DNA of 64,000 bases, taken from the NCBI GenBank assembly GCA_910584405.1, contig CAJUAL010000007.1, positions 46,895 through 110,894 of the forward strand, in the 5' to 3' direction. The translations under genes and the position numbers were made by a program. This document shows positions 1-9,941 of this stretch, one piece after another. Below the pieces are notes generated by a model, which was given only the letters and a program-made list of their open reading frames with translations, was not told the DNA's origin and did not search any database. Source of the DNA: an uncultured Vampirovibrio sp. (GTDB lineage: Bacteria; Cyanobacteriota; Vampirovibrionia; Gastranaerophilales; Gastranaerophilaceae). Each line of letters begins with the position of its first letter. Position 1 is the first letter of the stretch.

Positions 1-986
1 GTGCAATTTCGTGAACTGCTTCAATGTTTGTTTTTAGGATTGTTTCATCTTGTGTCGCAGAACTTATAAACTTGCCGCTGTTAACATCGATTACCGTAAG
101 TGCTTCTGTTTGCTGGATAAACAGATAACCGCCTGACGGCATATTAACTTTAACATTTAATGCTGCTTTAATTTCTTTATGAATATCCATAGCAATTAAA
201 AGCGGCTCGGTTCCTTTGTATAGTGTTACCTGAGTACCTTTTGCCATGTGCCAGTTTTGAAGTATTGACTGAACTCTGTTCATTGCAAAAGGTGTATCTA
301 CTATAATTTCTTTTACATCATCAGTACAAGCTTCTCTGATAACTCTGTATAATAAATCCTGATCTCTATAGATAAGATTTGGCGGGTCAAGAGTTTCTGC
401 TGATGTGATAATGTTGTTCCATTTTTCCAGTAAGATTTCCAAATCTTCCTGAATATCAGCTTCTGATTGACCTTCTGCTTCTGTTCTGATGATTACGCCA
501 ACGCCTACAGGTTTGATTAAATTAATAATAGATTTTAGTCTTGCGCGTTCTTTAGAGTTTTCGATTTTTTTACTTACGCTGACTCCCGGCTCGTGCGGCA
601 TAAGCACAAGAAAACGTCCCGGTAAGCTGATTTCTGTTGTAACACGAGGTCCTTTGTGTCCTGTCGGTTCTTTTACAACTTGAACAATAAGTTTTTGTTT
701 AGGTGAAAGTTTTTGTTTTAAAGTACCTTTACCCATAACATCTTGAGCGTGTAAAAATCCCATTTTATCGGTACCGACGTTTACAAATGCCGCATCAATA
801 CTTGGTAAAATGTTATCTACTGTTGCAAGGTAAACATCACCTAATAATACATCTCCTCTATGGATGAAAAAATCAGTAACTTTTTTGTTTTCAAGAACTG
901 CTGCAATATTGTCGCGTTCTGCAATAACAATCTTTTTTTCTACAGGTTGATTTGAATTTCGATTCTTTTCGTTCATAAAAATTCCT
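1..986 (-). CDS. rng: Ribonuclease G/E family (Rne/Rng), partial; the 3' end runs off the window start
   Basis: Minus-strand translation from ATG at 986 gives MNEKNRNSNQPVEKKIVIAERD...GDVYLATVDNILPSIDAAFVNVGTDKMGFLH...VKEPTGHKGPRVTTEISLPGRFLVLMP (S1 domain plus RNase E/G catalytic core). It is not in the ORF track because it is truncated by the window edge. Confidence 0.85.
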
Positions 987-989
987 TTA

Positions 990-3515
990 CTATAACTCAT
1001 GCAAAGACTCGGTCAGGAACTTCTCGCGCGTAATTTCAAACACTACATCAGGTGCTATAATGTTCATTAGAACATCTGCTCTCAGCGCAGGAATTTCTGA
1101 ATTTTGTCCTGTCTTTAATACTATGTACAAACTATCATCTTCAAATCGGTGAGAACCGATTGATTGCTTGATGTTTGCTTTTTTTACTAAACCTTTTTTG
1201 TTTTTCTTCTCGATTATAATTTCATCAGAAGATAAAACTTTTTCTGTATTATATACGAAATCTTTAAATTCGTAAATAGCAGGGTTAAATATTTTTACCT
1301 TATATTCTGCCCAGCAAGCACTCTGGTCAATTGCAGGTGCTGAACGATCGATTTTTTGTACTGTTAAGACTTGCGCTTCTTTTGGCAGAACTTTTGAAAG
1401 CTCATCTTTTACATAATCCGCGCTTACATCTTCCCATAAATCAACGTCAACAAGCTCTGATTTACTTTCACAAAACAACGGTAATGCTACGCCCATTGAG
1501 ATTTTCATTGTCGGGTTGTAACCGTATGAAAATGCTACGTTAAGTTTAGAGCGTGAAATTGCTTTGAAAAACGTATTTTGCCAGTCAAGGTGTGAAAAAT
1601 ATTTTAAGATACCTGTTTTTGTAAGTTTAATTCTGTATCTGAAAACTTCTTTTACATTTTTCGGACATAAAGACGGGTCTGTGTGTTCTTCTTTTACAAT
1701 CTTTTGAGCCGCTTCTGAGGCTTTATAAGGTTTTGCCATAACTTTTTTTACGCCAAAGTTTGTGCAGACCCCGCAATTAACGCATTTTTGCTGACAGGTC
1801 GGAACAATGTGCGGTGAATTTGCATCAATTTCGTGAGCTTTAATATATTCAGCTTTGAACCAGTCTTTATTAATTCCTACGTCTATAAAATCCCACGGAA
1901 GTTCATCCTCAAGATTATACTGTCTTTGTGCAAGCTTATTTAAATCGATACCAAGTTCGTTTGCCGTATTAAACCAGACTTCTTTATCAAAATGTTCGCC
2001 CCACGCATCTAAATAACAGCCTTTTTTGTATAAACTTTCAATGTATTTACACAAATTCCTGTCACCTCTGGTCAAGACAGCTTCAAGCAGGGAAACAAAT
2101 TTTTCGTGATAGTTAATTTTTACACCTTTAATATGTTTAACTTGTTCCATTAAATAATGAATGTGTTCTGTAACTTTGTCTAAATCCATTTGAGGGCACC
2201 ATTGAAACGGTGTAAACGGTTTTGGTACAAAAATGGATAGCGTACAGGTTAAATCAAGTGAGTGTTTTAACTCTTTTTCTTTTTTCAAAAGTTTTGAGCG
2301 CCAGCGGATTTTTCTAAATAGTTCCGCCATTTCGTCCATATCTTCCAACGTTTCTGTCGGAAGTCCGCAGATAAAATAGAATTTAACCCTGCTCCAGCCG
2401 TTTTCGTAAAGCGTTAAAACAGCGTTTAAAATTTGTTCTTCTGTTATGTTTTTCTTAATTACATCTCTTAATCTTTGACTTCCTGCTTCGGGTGCAAGTG
2501 TCATGGTTGATTTACGAACGCTTTGAACGAGGTTTGCAAGTTCTAAGTTAAAACCGTCAATTCTTTGACTTGGCAGTGATACAGATATTTTTCTATCATT
2601 AAAGTCGACCGCAAGTTCTTTTATTACTTCGTTAATATTTGAATAATCATTTGAAGATAGTGATAGCAGTGAATATTCATCATATCCTGTTGTGTTAACA
2701 AGTTTTTTTGATAAATCAATAATTTCTTCTGCGCTTCTTTCTCTGATTGGCAGTGTTACGTGTCCGGGCTGGCAAAAACGGCACATTCTTCCGCATCCCC
2801 TGCGGATTTCAACAACTGCTCTGTCTTGTAATGAGGATGAGAACGGAATCGGGTAAGATACTGCCGCTGTTTCAGGTGTTAACTGCGCTATTCTTTTACG
2901 AACTTTTTTATTTACGCCCAAGCTCCAGCGTCCTGAGTTTTCACCTTCACACAAAGCTTTAATTCTTTCAGCTCGAGGCATTCCTTTTGTTTGTTCAAGA
3001 ATTTTACATGCTTCAAGGATTGAGTCTTCACCGTCACCTATCATAAATACATCAATAAATTCACTTATCGGAAGCGGGTTAAACGTACAAGGCCCGCCTG
3101 CCATAATAATCGGGTCTTCATCTGTTCTGTCTTCGTTACGATATGGAATCCCCGACATTTCAAGCATTTTTAATATCGTAGGATATGACATTTCGTATTG
3201 AACTGAAAATCCGATAGCATCAAATTCTTTTAATGCTTTTTTTGATTCAACGCCATAAAGTGTTGAAGGCTTAAAATCTGGTTCCGGTGCGTAAACCCTG
3301 TCACACATAAAATCAGGTTCTTTATTTATAAGTTCATATAAAATTCTAATTCCAAGGTTTGATATTCCGATTTCATATTTATCGGGAAATGCTAATGCAA
3401 ATTTGACTTTTGCGCTGTCAAAATCTTTGTTGTGGGATAAATACTCTCCTCCTACATATTGGTAGGGTTTAAAACATTTGTATAAACTTTCGTGGTACTT
3501 TTTAAAAAAACACAT
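990..3515 (-). CDS. Radical SAM protein with a B12-binding-like N-terminal domain (TIGR03960-like) fused to a C-terminal DUF2344/TIGR03936-like domain
   Basis: CGRMCRFC radical SAM cysteine triad (CX3CX2C). N-terminal KFALAFPDKYEIGISNLGIRILY is typical of TIGR03960. The 841-aa length matches a fusion of the two families that usually sit next to rne/rng. Its stop lies 4 nt upstream of the rng start. Confidence 0.75.
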   Translation of the reverse strand: MCFFKKYHESLYKCFKPYQYVGGEYLSHNKDFDSAKVKFALAFPDKYEIGISNLGIRILYELINKEPDFMCDRVYAPEPDFKPSTLYGVESKKALKEFDAIGFSVQYEMSYPTILKMLEMSGIPYRNEDRTDEDPIIMAGGPCTFNPLPISEFIDVFMIGDGEDSILEACKILEQTKGMPRAERIKALCEGENSGRWSLGVNKKVRKRIAQLTPETAAVSYPIPFSSSLQDRAVVEIRRGCGRMCRFCQPGHVTLPIRERSAEEIIDLSKKLVNTTGYDEYSLLSLSSNDYSNINEVIKELAVDFNDRKISVSLPSQRIDGFNLELANLVQSVRKSTMTLAPEAGSQRLRDVIKKNITEEQILNAVLTLYENGWSRVKFYFICGLPTETLEDMDEMAELFRKIRWRSKLLKKEKELKHSLDLTCTLSIFVPKPFTPFQWCPQMDLDKVTEHIHYLMEQVKHIKGVKINYHEKFVSLLEAVLTRGDRNLCKYIESLYKKGCYLDAWGEHFDKEVWFNTANELGIDLNKLAQRQYNLEDELPWDFIDVGINKDWFKAEYIKAHEIDANSPHIVPTCQQKCVNCGVCTNFGVKKVMAKPYKASEAAQKIVKEEHTDPSLCPKNVKEVFRYRIKLTKTGILKYFSHLDWQNTFFKAISRSKLNVAFSYGYNPTMKISMGVALPLFCESKSELVDVDLWEDVSADYVKDELSKVLPKEAQVLTVQKIDRSAPAIDQSACWAEYKVKIFNPAIYEFKDFVYNTEKVLSSDEIIIEKKNKKGLVKKANIKQSIGSHRFEDDSLYIVLKTGQNSEIPALRADVLMNIIAPDVVFEITREKFLTESLHEL

Positions 3516-3528
3516 ATTCCTATTTCTC

Positions 3529-3867
3529 TTAAGCTAAATCTTCAGGGAAGTATTTTTCTATCTCTATTATTTTTCCGTTAAGTGTATTTTCTTCAAACGA
3601 TTTCATAAACTTAAACAAATCATCATTAGATACATCATATCTGTATAATAAAGTCTCTCCGTCTATTTCACGCATTACTGTTACCATGTAATGGCATTTT
3701 TGAGCATAACTGAGAAGACTTTCTTTGTTGAATTTGTTTCCGTTAGTGTCTTTTCGCAATTTTACGTAATTAAATCCTGCGTAGAATTTAATTTTTTCAT
3801 CTGCTGTATGATTCGCTAAATCCTTTTTATTGTTGGCAAATAAACTTATTACATTTTTATCAGACAC
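3529..3867 (-). CDS. Hypothetical protein (112 aa)
   Basis: ORF ending 13 nt upstream of the radical SAM gene start, same strand. No recognisable motif. Confidence 0.5.
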   Translation of the reverse strand: MSDKNVISLFANNKKDLANHTADEKIKFYAGFNYVKLRKDTNGNKFNKESLLSYAQKCHYMVTVMREIDGETLLYRYDVSNDDLFKFMKSFEENTLNGKIIEIEKYFPEDLA

Positions 3868-3925
3868 AAAACTTCCCTCCTACCCTATTAAACAATAGAA
3901 TAAAGAAAATGTCTAAATGTTAAGT

Positions 3926-4228
3926 TTATTTTTTATTGATATCTTTAAGAAATTTTACAACTTTTAAAGCCGTTTCGCGTCTGACTTCAACGGGAGAAAG
4001 TCGTAAATATTCAATAGCGTGCGAAACTTTGATATTTTTGTCATACCAGCGTTTCATGATGTAATTGTATTGATCTTCAAGACTTAACTTTTCCAGTTCA
4101 ACATCTTTTAATAAATCAATAATAAAATCAGCACATCTGACCTGAATATCTTCAGGAGCCTTCTCTAATTCGTTGACTGCGCGAGATACAACCGCGTCAG
4201 CATCATACCAGCGTTTAAACATGTTCAT
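3926..4228 (-). CDS. Hypothetical protein (100 aa) with an internal KRWYD duplication
   Basis: ORF in the same operon position. It contains two KRWYD motifs (MNMFKRWYDAD and IMKRWYDKN). Confidence 0.5.
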   Translation of the reverse strand: MNMFKRWYDADAVVSRAVNELEKAPEDIQVRCADFIIDLLKDVELEKLSLEDQYNYIMKRWYDKNIKVSHAIEYLRLSPVEVRRETALKVVKFLKDINKK

Positions 4229-4337
4229 CTTTTTACCCTCATATTGTTAAGAATATTAAAGCAGATTTTAATAAAAAAGTAAATTATTTTATAAAAAAAT
4301 ACTTTATATAGATGTAGGTTAACAGAAGGTTATAGTT

Positions 4338-4688
4338 ATGATTGAAAGACTTGATTATTATTTACCAAATTGTGGTTCAGGCTGGGATACAGGAATGCCT
4401 ATGGGAATGGGAATGGGAATGGGGATGCCGATTGGCGGCTGCTATGGATATGGCGGAAATGTAACCAATCGAGATGCACTTACTCTCAGAGGACCGTTAG
4501 CGTATGACCAGTACGGTGATCCGTCAAAGAAAACTAAGGAAAAAGATTCAGGATTTTGGAAAGGTTTAGCTGCAACAGCTATCGGTGTTGGCGCGGGTGT
4601 TTTAGCTTGGCGTACTCCTGCTATTAAAAACGCATTAGTAGGTGCCGGTAAGTATGTCGTAAATTTAGTTAAAAATTTTTTAAAATAG
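4338..4688 (+). CDS. Hypothetical Gly/Met-rich protein with (PMG/MGM) repeats and an amphipathic Gly/Ala-rich C-terminus
   Basis: ORF with the GMPMGMGMGMGMPIGGCYGYGG low-complexity tract. The tract is encoded by tandem ATGGGA hexamers at 4395-4430. The C-terminal GLAATAIGVGAGVLAW is glycine-zipper-like. Confidence 0.5.
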   Translation: MIERLDYYLPNCGSGWDTGMPMGMGMGMGMPIGGCYGYGGNVTNRDALTLRGPLAYDQYGDPSKKTKEKDSGFWKGLAATAIGVGAGVLAWRTPAIKNALVGAGKYVVNLVKNFLK

Positions 4689-4787
4689 TAAATTCCCGTA
4701 ATTAATGTGTAGTAAAAGTGTGTAATTTATGCAGGATTGTAAAATCCTGCTTTTTTATGTTATACTGTGCAAAAAGGAGGGTATGTT

Positions 4788-5288
4788 ATGGCTAAAGATT
4801 GCAGTTTTGATATTGTGTCTGAGTACAACAAACAAGAATTGGTTAACGCGATTGATCAGGTTAAAAGAGAATTAACTTCAAGATTTGATTTGAAAAATTC
4901 TAATTCGGAAGTTGAACTTGAAGCAGATAAGTCTGTTACAATTACAACAAATGACGAAATGAAATTAAAAAATATTATTGATATTTTGCAGTCAAAACTT
5001 GTGAAAAGAAATTTAAGTATTAAAATTTTGGATCCTAAACCTGTAGAAAATGCTTTAGGCGGAAATGTCCGTCAGGTGTTTGAATTGAAAAAAGGCTTAA
5101 CTCAGGAACTTGCTAAATCTATAGTGTCTGATATTAAGGCTACTAAATTAAAAGTTCAAGCGTCTATCCAGGGAGAACAGGTGAGAGTTACGGGTAAGGA
5201 TAAAGATGATTTGCAAGCGGTTATACAAATGCTTCGTTCAAATGAAGATAAATATGATTACCCGCTTCAATTCACAAACTACAGATAG
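4788..5288 (+). CDS. yajQ: YajQ family (UPF0234) nucleotide-binding protein
   Basis: MAKDCSFDIVSEYNKQELVNAIDQVKRELTSRFDLKNS matches the YajQ N-terminus. The start was moved to the ATG at 4788, which is preceded by the AAAGGAGGG RBS. The track start at 4767 lies inside that RBS. Confidence 0.8.
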   Translation: MAKDCSFDIVSEYNKQELVNAIDQVKRELTSRFDLKNSNSEVELEADKSVTITTNDEMKLKNIIDILQSKLVKRNLSIKILDPKPVENALGGNVRQVFELKKGLTQELAKSIVSDIKATKLKVQASIQGEQVRVTGKDKDDLQAVIQMLRSNEDKYDYPLQFTNYR

Positions 5289-5302
5289 GGGTAAATAATA
5301 GA

Positions 5303-5330
5303 AAATCCCGCAATTCGCGGGATTTTTTTT
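5303..5330. terminator. Bidirectional rho-independent terminator between convergent yajQ and the cyclase gene
   Basis: ATCCCGCaattcGCGGGAT hairpin followed by T8 on the plus strand, with A/T-rich sequence on the other side. Confidence 0.6.
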
Positions 5331-7317
5331 AACGATTTTTATCGATTCTTAAAACTTCGTAGATATTCATTTTTTTTGCTTTTCCGCGTATCTGAACTTC
5401 GCTTATTTTAATAACATCTGCGATATCTGCTATGTGAGAGTATGTTGATGCACTGACAAGCAGGTTCGTTTTGTATACTTTGTTGTAGCTTTCTATACGG
5501 CTGGCAAGATTTACGGTGTCTCCAATTACCGTGTATTCCATGCGGTTTTCTGTACCGATGTTGCCTATGAAGACTTCACCTGTATTTATTCCGACACCGA
5601 TTTCAATTTTGGGTTTACCCTCAAATAACCATTTTTCACGCAGGTATTCTACCTTTTTAAGCATTTCATAAGCGCATTTTACAGCGTTTTGCGGGTGGTT
5701 TATATCTTGTATCGGTTCGCCGAATATTGCCATAACAGCGTCCCCGATGAATTTATTAATTACACCGTTGTATTTTGAAATTATCGGCTCCATTTCTGCA
5801 AAATATTCATTTAGAATAATAGAAACTTCTTCTGCCGTCATTTTTTCGCTAAGACTTGTAAACCCCCTTATATCAGAAAATATAACAGTTACCACCGCAC
5901 GTTTCCCGCCAAGTTTTAAGTCATCAATGTTACTTACGACATTTTGCATAATGTCTTTTGACAGGTATTTACCCATTGCCTGCTTAATTTTTTCTTTATT
6001 ACGGTTTTCTGAGATGAATTTGAATGAGTACCCGAAAATTAAAGTAACAAGCTGAATTGCAATCGGTGTCGGGAAATAATACAAAATATAGCCAAAATGT
6101 CCTGCTATAAATGTTATTAGAAATAGTAGTGCATCAGCTGATAGTAATAATATTAATGATGTTATAAATTTAAATTTGAAAATACATAATAACGTAAATC
6201 CTGTTAACAGGATTATAAACAGATATTTTGTAAAATCATTACCCAATTGTATGAAGTCATTATTTTCAAGATTGCTGTATATGGTTGCTTGTACATCAAC
6301 TCCGGGATGTCTTTTTGACAACGGAGTGTTTAGAATATCTGTAGGCTCCTGATTTGGACCGTCTACAAATTCTCCGATAAATACAGGGGTGTTTTTATCA
6401 AATATAGCGTGAATCTGTTTCTCTTCTTCACTCAATTCTTTTCCTGATTTTAATTTGTTATAAATATCAAGAATTTGTGATGCCGAAATTGCAAAATGTG
6501 TGAATCCGTTAGTGAATGTACTTCCGTCTTGTTTTTGGTATGTCGGATATCTGTAATAGCGGATATTTGTTTGAAGCTGTCCTTTTTGTACTCCGTCTAA
6601 TGGGATTTTTAGCGAAGTTTTTGGTACAGTTATGAAATTCCCGTCAATCCTGACATCATTTGTTGAATTTGCGACCAAATACATTTTAAACGGTAATGAC
6701 GGATAATATTTGTCTTTTATTTTTATTATATTTGACGTTTCAAAGTTTGTTCCGCTGTTTTGCTCATTTTGAATCAATACTGATGCAAAGTTTTTGGCGC
6801 TATCCATAAATGGTTGTTCAACTTTTGAAATATTTTGATATTCGGAATCTATAGGTATTTCATTTGTAATATTTAATGAATATTTGTCTTCAAATTCTTT
6901 CATATTAATCGTTGCTGATTCAGAAATATTTTGTGACGGGGTAAAAGAAACAACAAGATTATTCATTTTTTTTACTTGGTTAAGAAATTGAACATCATTG
7001 CTATTTTGCGGGTTTAAATTGCTAATCATGCTGTCTAATCCGATAACTTTAGGGTGAGCATAAGTGTAAAAATAATCTAATAACTTTGTTGTATAAGCTC
7101 TGTTCCAGCTTCCATAACTATTTAAGGTATTCTGATCGACAATAACAATGATTGCATTATTATCGGTTCCTGTATTACGGGCTGCAGCTGTCTTTATTAA
7201 ATAACTTGCCATATCTGTTTCTACAAAAACTCTTGATAATATAGAAACAATGAATATTAAAATAAGATATAAAATAATTGAGTTTATATAAAATAGTTTG
7301 TTTTTTAACTTTTTCAT
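5329..7317 (-). CDS. CHASE2 sensor domain-containing class III adenylate/guanylate cyclase
   Basis: N-terminal TM segment, a periplasmic CHASE2-like region, a multi-TM block, then the cyclase domain RAVVTVIFSDIRGFTSLSEKMTAEEV...FIGDAVMAIFG...GINTGEVFIGNIGTENRMEYTVIGDTVNLASR. Confidence 0.8.
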   Translation of the reverse strand: MKKLKNKLFYINSIILYLILIFIVSILSRVFVETDMASYLIKTAAARNTGTDNNAIIVIVDQNTLNSYGSWNRAYTTKLLDYFYTYAHPKVIGLDSMISNLNPQNSNDVQFLNQVKKMNNLVVSFTPSQNISESATINMKEFEDKYSLNITNEIPIDSEYQNISKVEQPFMDSAKNFASVLIQNEQNSGTNFETSNIIKIKDKYYPSLPFKMYLVANSTNDVRIDGNFITVPKTSLKIPLDGVQKGQLQTNIRYYRYPTYQKQDGSTFTNGFTHFAISASQILDIYNKLKSGKELSEEEKQIHAIFDKNTPVFIGEFVDGPNQEPTDILNTPLSKRHPGVDVQATIYSNLENNDFIQLGNDFTKYLFIILLTGFTLLCIFKFKFITSLILLLSADALLFLITFIAGHFGYILYYFPTPIAIQLVTLIFGYSFKFISENRNKEKIKQAMGKYLSKDIMQNVVSNIDDLKLGGKRAVVTVIFSDIRGFTSLSEKMTAEEVSIILNEYFAEMEPIISKYNGVINKFIGDAVMAIFGEPIQDINHPQNAVKCAYEMLKKVEYLREKWLFEGKPKIEIGVGINTGEVFIGNIGTENRMEYTVIGDTVNLASRIESYNKVYKTNLLVSASTYSHIADIADVIKISEVQIRGKAKKMNIYEVLRIDKNR

Positions 7318-7379
7318 TTAATGCTCCCTAATATAATATTAATGCTATAATATAATAAATTTTTGGAAAAGGACAAATT

Positions 7380-7985
7380 ATGAACGTAAACTTAACAGAT
7401 AAATTAAAAGAGAATAAAGTTCTTCCAATAATCAGGAGTTCTAATCCTGAAGAGGTAAAAGGTATTGTTAGAGCTTTAATTGAAGGCGGACTTGATATGA
7501 TGGAGGTTAATGTCGAAAATCCGAGGATTTTTGAAGCTATAGATGAACTTTCATCAGAGGCTGTAATTTGTGCAGGTGGAATTATTACTTCAATTCAGGC
7601 TCAGTCTGCTATTGATTGCGGAGCAAAGATTATTTCTTCCCCGATTTTTCAGGATAATCTATTAAAACTTTCAAAAGATAAACAAATTCCGTTTATTGCG
7701 GGAACTTCAACGGCTAATGAAGCTTATAACGCTTGGAAGCTTCGTATTCCTGTTGTTAAAATTTATCCGATTACGGCAATGGGCGGGGTTGAGTATTTGG
7801 AAAACCTTTTAAGACCAATGCCGTTTTTGAATGTTATTCCGCAGGGTAATGTGGCGTTATCAGAGGTTAAGGATTATATCAAAGCAGGTGCTCTTGCTGT
7901 CGGGGTTGGAAGAAACCTTACAAAAGGCGCGACTTATGCTGAAATTACCAAACGTACTAAGCAATTATTGGAGCAGTTAAAATAA
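7380..7985 (+). CDS. eda: KDPG/KHG aldolase family (Eda-like)
   Basis: VLPIIRSSNPEEVKGIVRALIEGGLDMMEV...AGGIITSIQAQSAIDCGAKIISSP...FIAGTSTANEAYNAWKLRIPVVKIYP matches the Eda TIM-barrel pattern. Confidence 0.7.
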   Translation: MNVNLTDKLKENKVLPIIRSSNPEEVKGIVRALIEGGLDMMEVNVENPRIFEAIDELSSEAVICAGGIITSIQAQSAIDCGAKIISSPIFQDNLLKLSKDKQIPFIAGTSTANEAYNAWKLRIPVVKIYPITAMGGVEYLENLLRPMPFLNVIPQGNVALSEVKDYIKAGALAVGVGRNLTKGATYAEITKRTKQLLEQLK

Positions 7986-8920
7986 TGGTTGATATTATTA
8001 CAATAGGCGAAAGTCTTGTTGAATTTTCAACAAATCAAAAACTTGAAGATGCGGAATGTCTGCATAAATATTATGGCGGAGATTCTTTGGTGGTTGCAAT
8101 TGCCGCAAAAAGATTAAATTCTTCTGTAGGTTTTATTACATGCCTTGGCAATGACGCATTTAAGGATTACATGCTCAAAAGTTGGGAAAAAGAAGGGCTT
8201 GATATTTCGCATGTGAAAATCGTTGATGAGAAAAACGGTGTTTATATGGTTTCAAGACCAACTGACAGCGAAAAAGAATTTATTTATTACCGTAAAAAAA
8301 TTGCTCCTGCAAAATTGTCTATTGATGATATTGATGAAGATTATATTAAAAGTGCCAAAATTGTTTACGCATCAGGTATTACCCAATCATTATCAATAGC
8401 GTCACGCGAAGCTGTAAAAAAAGCTTTTGAAATTGCAAGAGAAAACGGAGTTATGACGGCTTATGACCCTAATTATTCTTCGTTAATTTCAACCAATGAA
8501 GATGCCAGAGAGTATTTTGACGAGATTTTACCGCTTACTGATGTATTATTTATGAGCTCAAAATACGATACGAAAAGTATTTTTGAAATAAGCTCGTTGG
8601 AAAATATTATGAAAATGCTCACTGATTCCGGGGTTCAGACTGTCGTTATTAAATCAAGTCAGGATTGCGGATATTATGTAAACAGCCAGAGAAATACTGT
8701 TTTTGTACCGTTTTACACTGATAAAGTTGTTGATACAACTTCCTCAGGCGATGTTTTTAACGGTGCTTTTTTGCATGCTCTGACAAATAATTGCAATCCT
8801 GTAGAAGCAGCTAAACTTGCCTCAATTGACGCGGGTCTTCAAGCTCAAGGTATCGGGGCAGTTAAATCTGTTCCTTATTGCGATGAGGTTTATAATATCT
8901 ATAATGCCGAGGATGTTTAA
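7985..8920 (+). CDS. PfkB family carbohydrate kinase (2-dehydro-3-deoxygluconokinase-like)
   Basis: DTTSSGDVFNGAFLHAL, the PfkB DTxGAGD signature, near the C-terminus. Start is coupled to the eda stop. Confidence 0.7.
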   Translation: MVDIITIGESLVEFSTNQKLEDAECLHKYYGGDSLVVAIAAKRLNSSVGFITCLGNDAFKDYMLKSWEKEGLDISHVKIVDEKNGVYMVSRPTDSEKEFIYYRKKIAPAKLSIDDIDEDYIKSAKIVYASGITQSLSIASREAVKKAFEIARENGVMTAYDPNYSSLISTNEDAREYFDEILPLTDVLFMSSKYDTKSIFEISSLENIMKMLTDSGVQTVVIKSSQDCGYYVNSQRNTVFVPFYTDKVVDTTSSGDVFNGAFLHALTNNCNPVEAAKLASIDAGLQAQGIGAVKSVPYCDEVYNIYNAEDV

Positions 8921-9939
8921 TGGATAAAAAAAGGTTTGTATTATCAGGTTATTTCGGATTTAAGAACTTTGGCGACGAGGCAATTTTATCTGTCTTGGTT
9001 AATAAATTGAAAGAACTTAATCAAAGTATTACCGTTATTTCTTCTAATCCCGAGTATACAAAATCTAAATTTAAACATATCAGAAGTATTTATACTTTTA
9101 ATTTACGTGATATTCTCGGAGCAATTATAAAATCTGATTACTTGATTTCAGGCGGAGGAAGCTTGTTGCAGGATGTGACAAGTTTTAAGAGTCTGATTTA
9201 TTATTTATTAATTATATTTTTAGGACTTTTGTTAGGGAAAAAAGTTATAATATTTGCCCAAGGTATCGGACCTATAAATAATAAATTCGGTCAGTTTTTG
9301 ACAAGATTATTACTAAAACACTGTACGTATGTAAGCGTACGGGATGAAAAAAGTTTGAAGCTTCTTGAAAGTTGGGGAGTACATGCTGATTTGGTTTGTG
9401 ACCCTGTTTTTTCTACTAAAATTGAGTCAGCTGCAAAAACAAATACTGTTGCTGTTCAATTAAGAGATTTCAAGACTATGAATGAAGATTTTATCGATAG
9501 ACTTGCTCAAAAGGTTTCTACGGAATTTTCTGATAAAACTGTTGAAATTTATTCGTTTCAAGATGATATTGACTTAAAAATCTGTGAAGCTTTTGAAAAG
9601 TCACTCAATTTATTAAACCCTGATATTAAAACTGTTTTGTATTCTAATTTAACTGATGAGCAGATTATAAGCGGGATTTCAAAAGCTGAATACCTTATTG
9701 CAATGCGCTTTCATGCAATTATTGTCGGGTTGATATCTTCAACAAAAATTCTTGCTGTTGATTATGATGTAAAAGTTCAAAAGATAGCTGCCGAATTTGG
9801 ATTACCGATTATTGATTTAAAAAATGATTTCGGAAATAAGTTTGATGAACTAAAAGCGGCGCATATTGAGGTATTAAATTGTTTGGTTAAAAATAAAGCT
9901 TTTGACTGGAGTGGATTTTTGAAAGCTATCAAGGAGTAA
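8920..9939 (+). CDS. csaB: Polysaccharide pyruvyl transferase CsaB family
   Basis: SGYFGFKNFGDEAIL...GGGSLLQDVTSFKSL...MRFHAIIVG is typical of the PS_pyruv_trans/CsaB family. TAATG overlap with the kinase gene. Confidence 0.7.
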   Translation: MDKKRFVLSGYFGFKNFGDEAILSVLVNKLKELNQSITVISSNPEYTKSKFKHIRSIYTFNLRDILGAIIKSDYLISGGGSLLQDVTSFKSLIYYLLIIFLGLLLGKKVIIFAQGIGPINNKFGQFLTRLLLKHCTYVSVRDEKSLKLLESWGVHADLVCDPVFSTKIESAAKTNTVAVQLRDFKTMNEDFIDRLAQKVSTEFSDKTVEIYSFQDDIDLKICEAFEKSLNLLNPDIKTVLYSNLTDEQIISGISKAEYLIAMRFHAIIVGLISSTKILAVDYDVKVQKIAAEFGLPIIDLKNDFGNKFDELKAAHIEVLNCLVKNKAFDWSGFLKAIKE

Positions 9940-9941
9940 GC

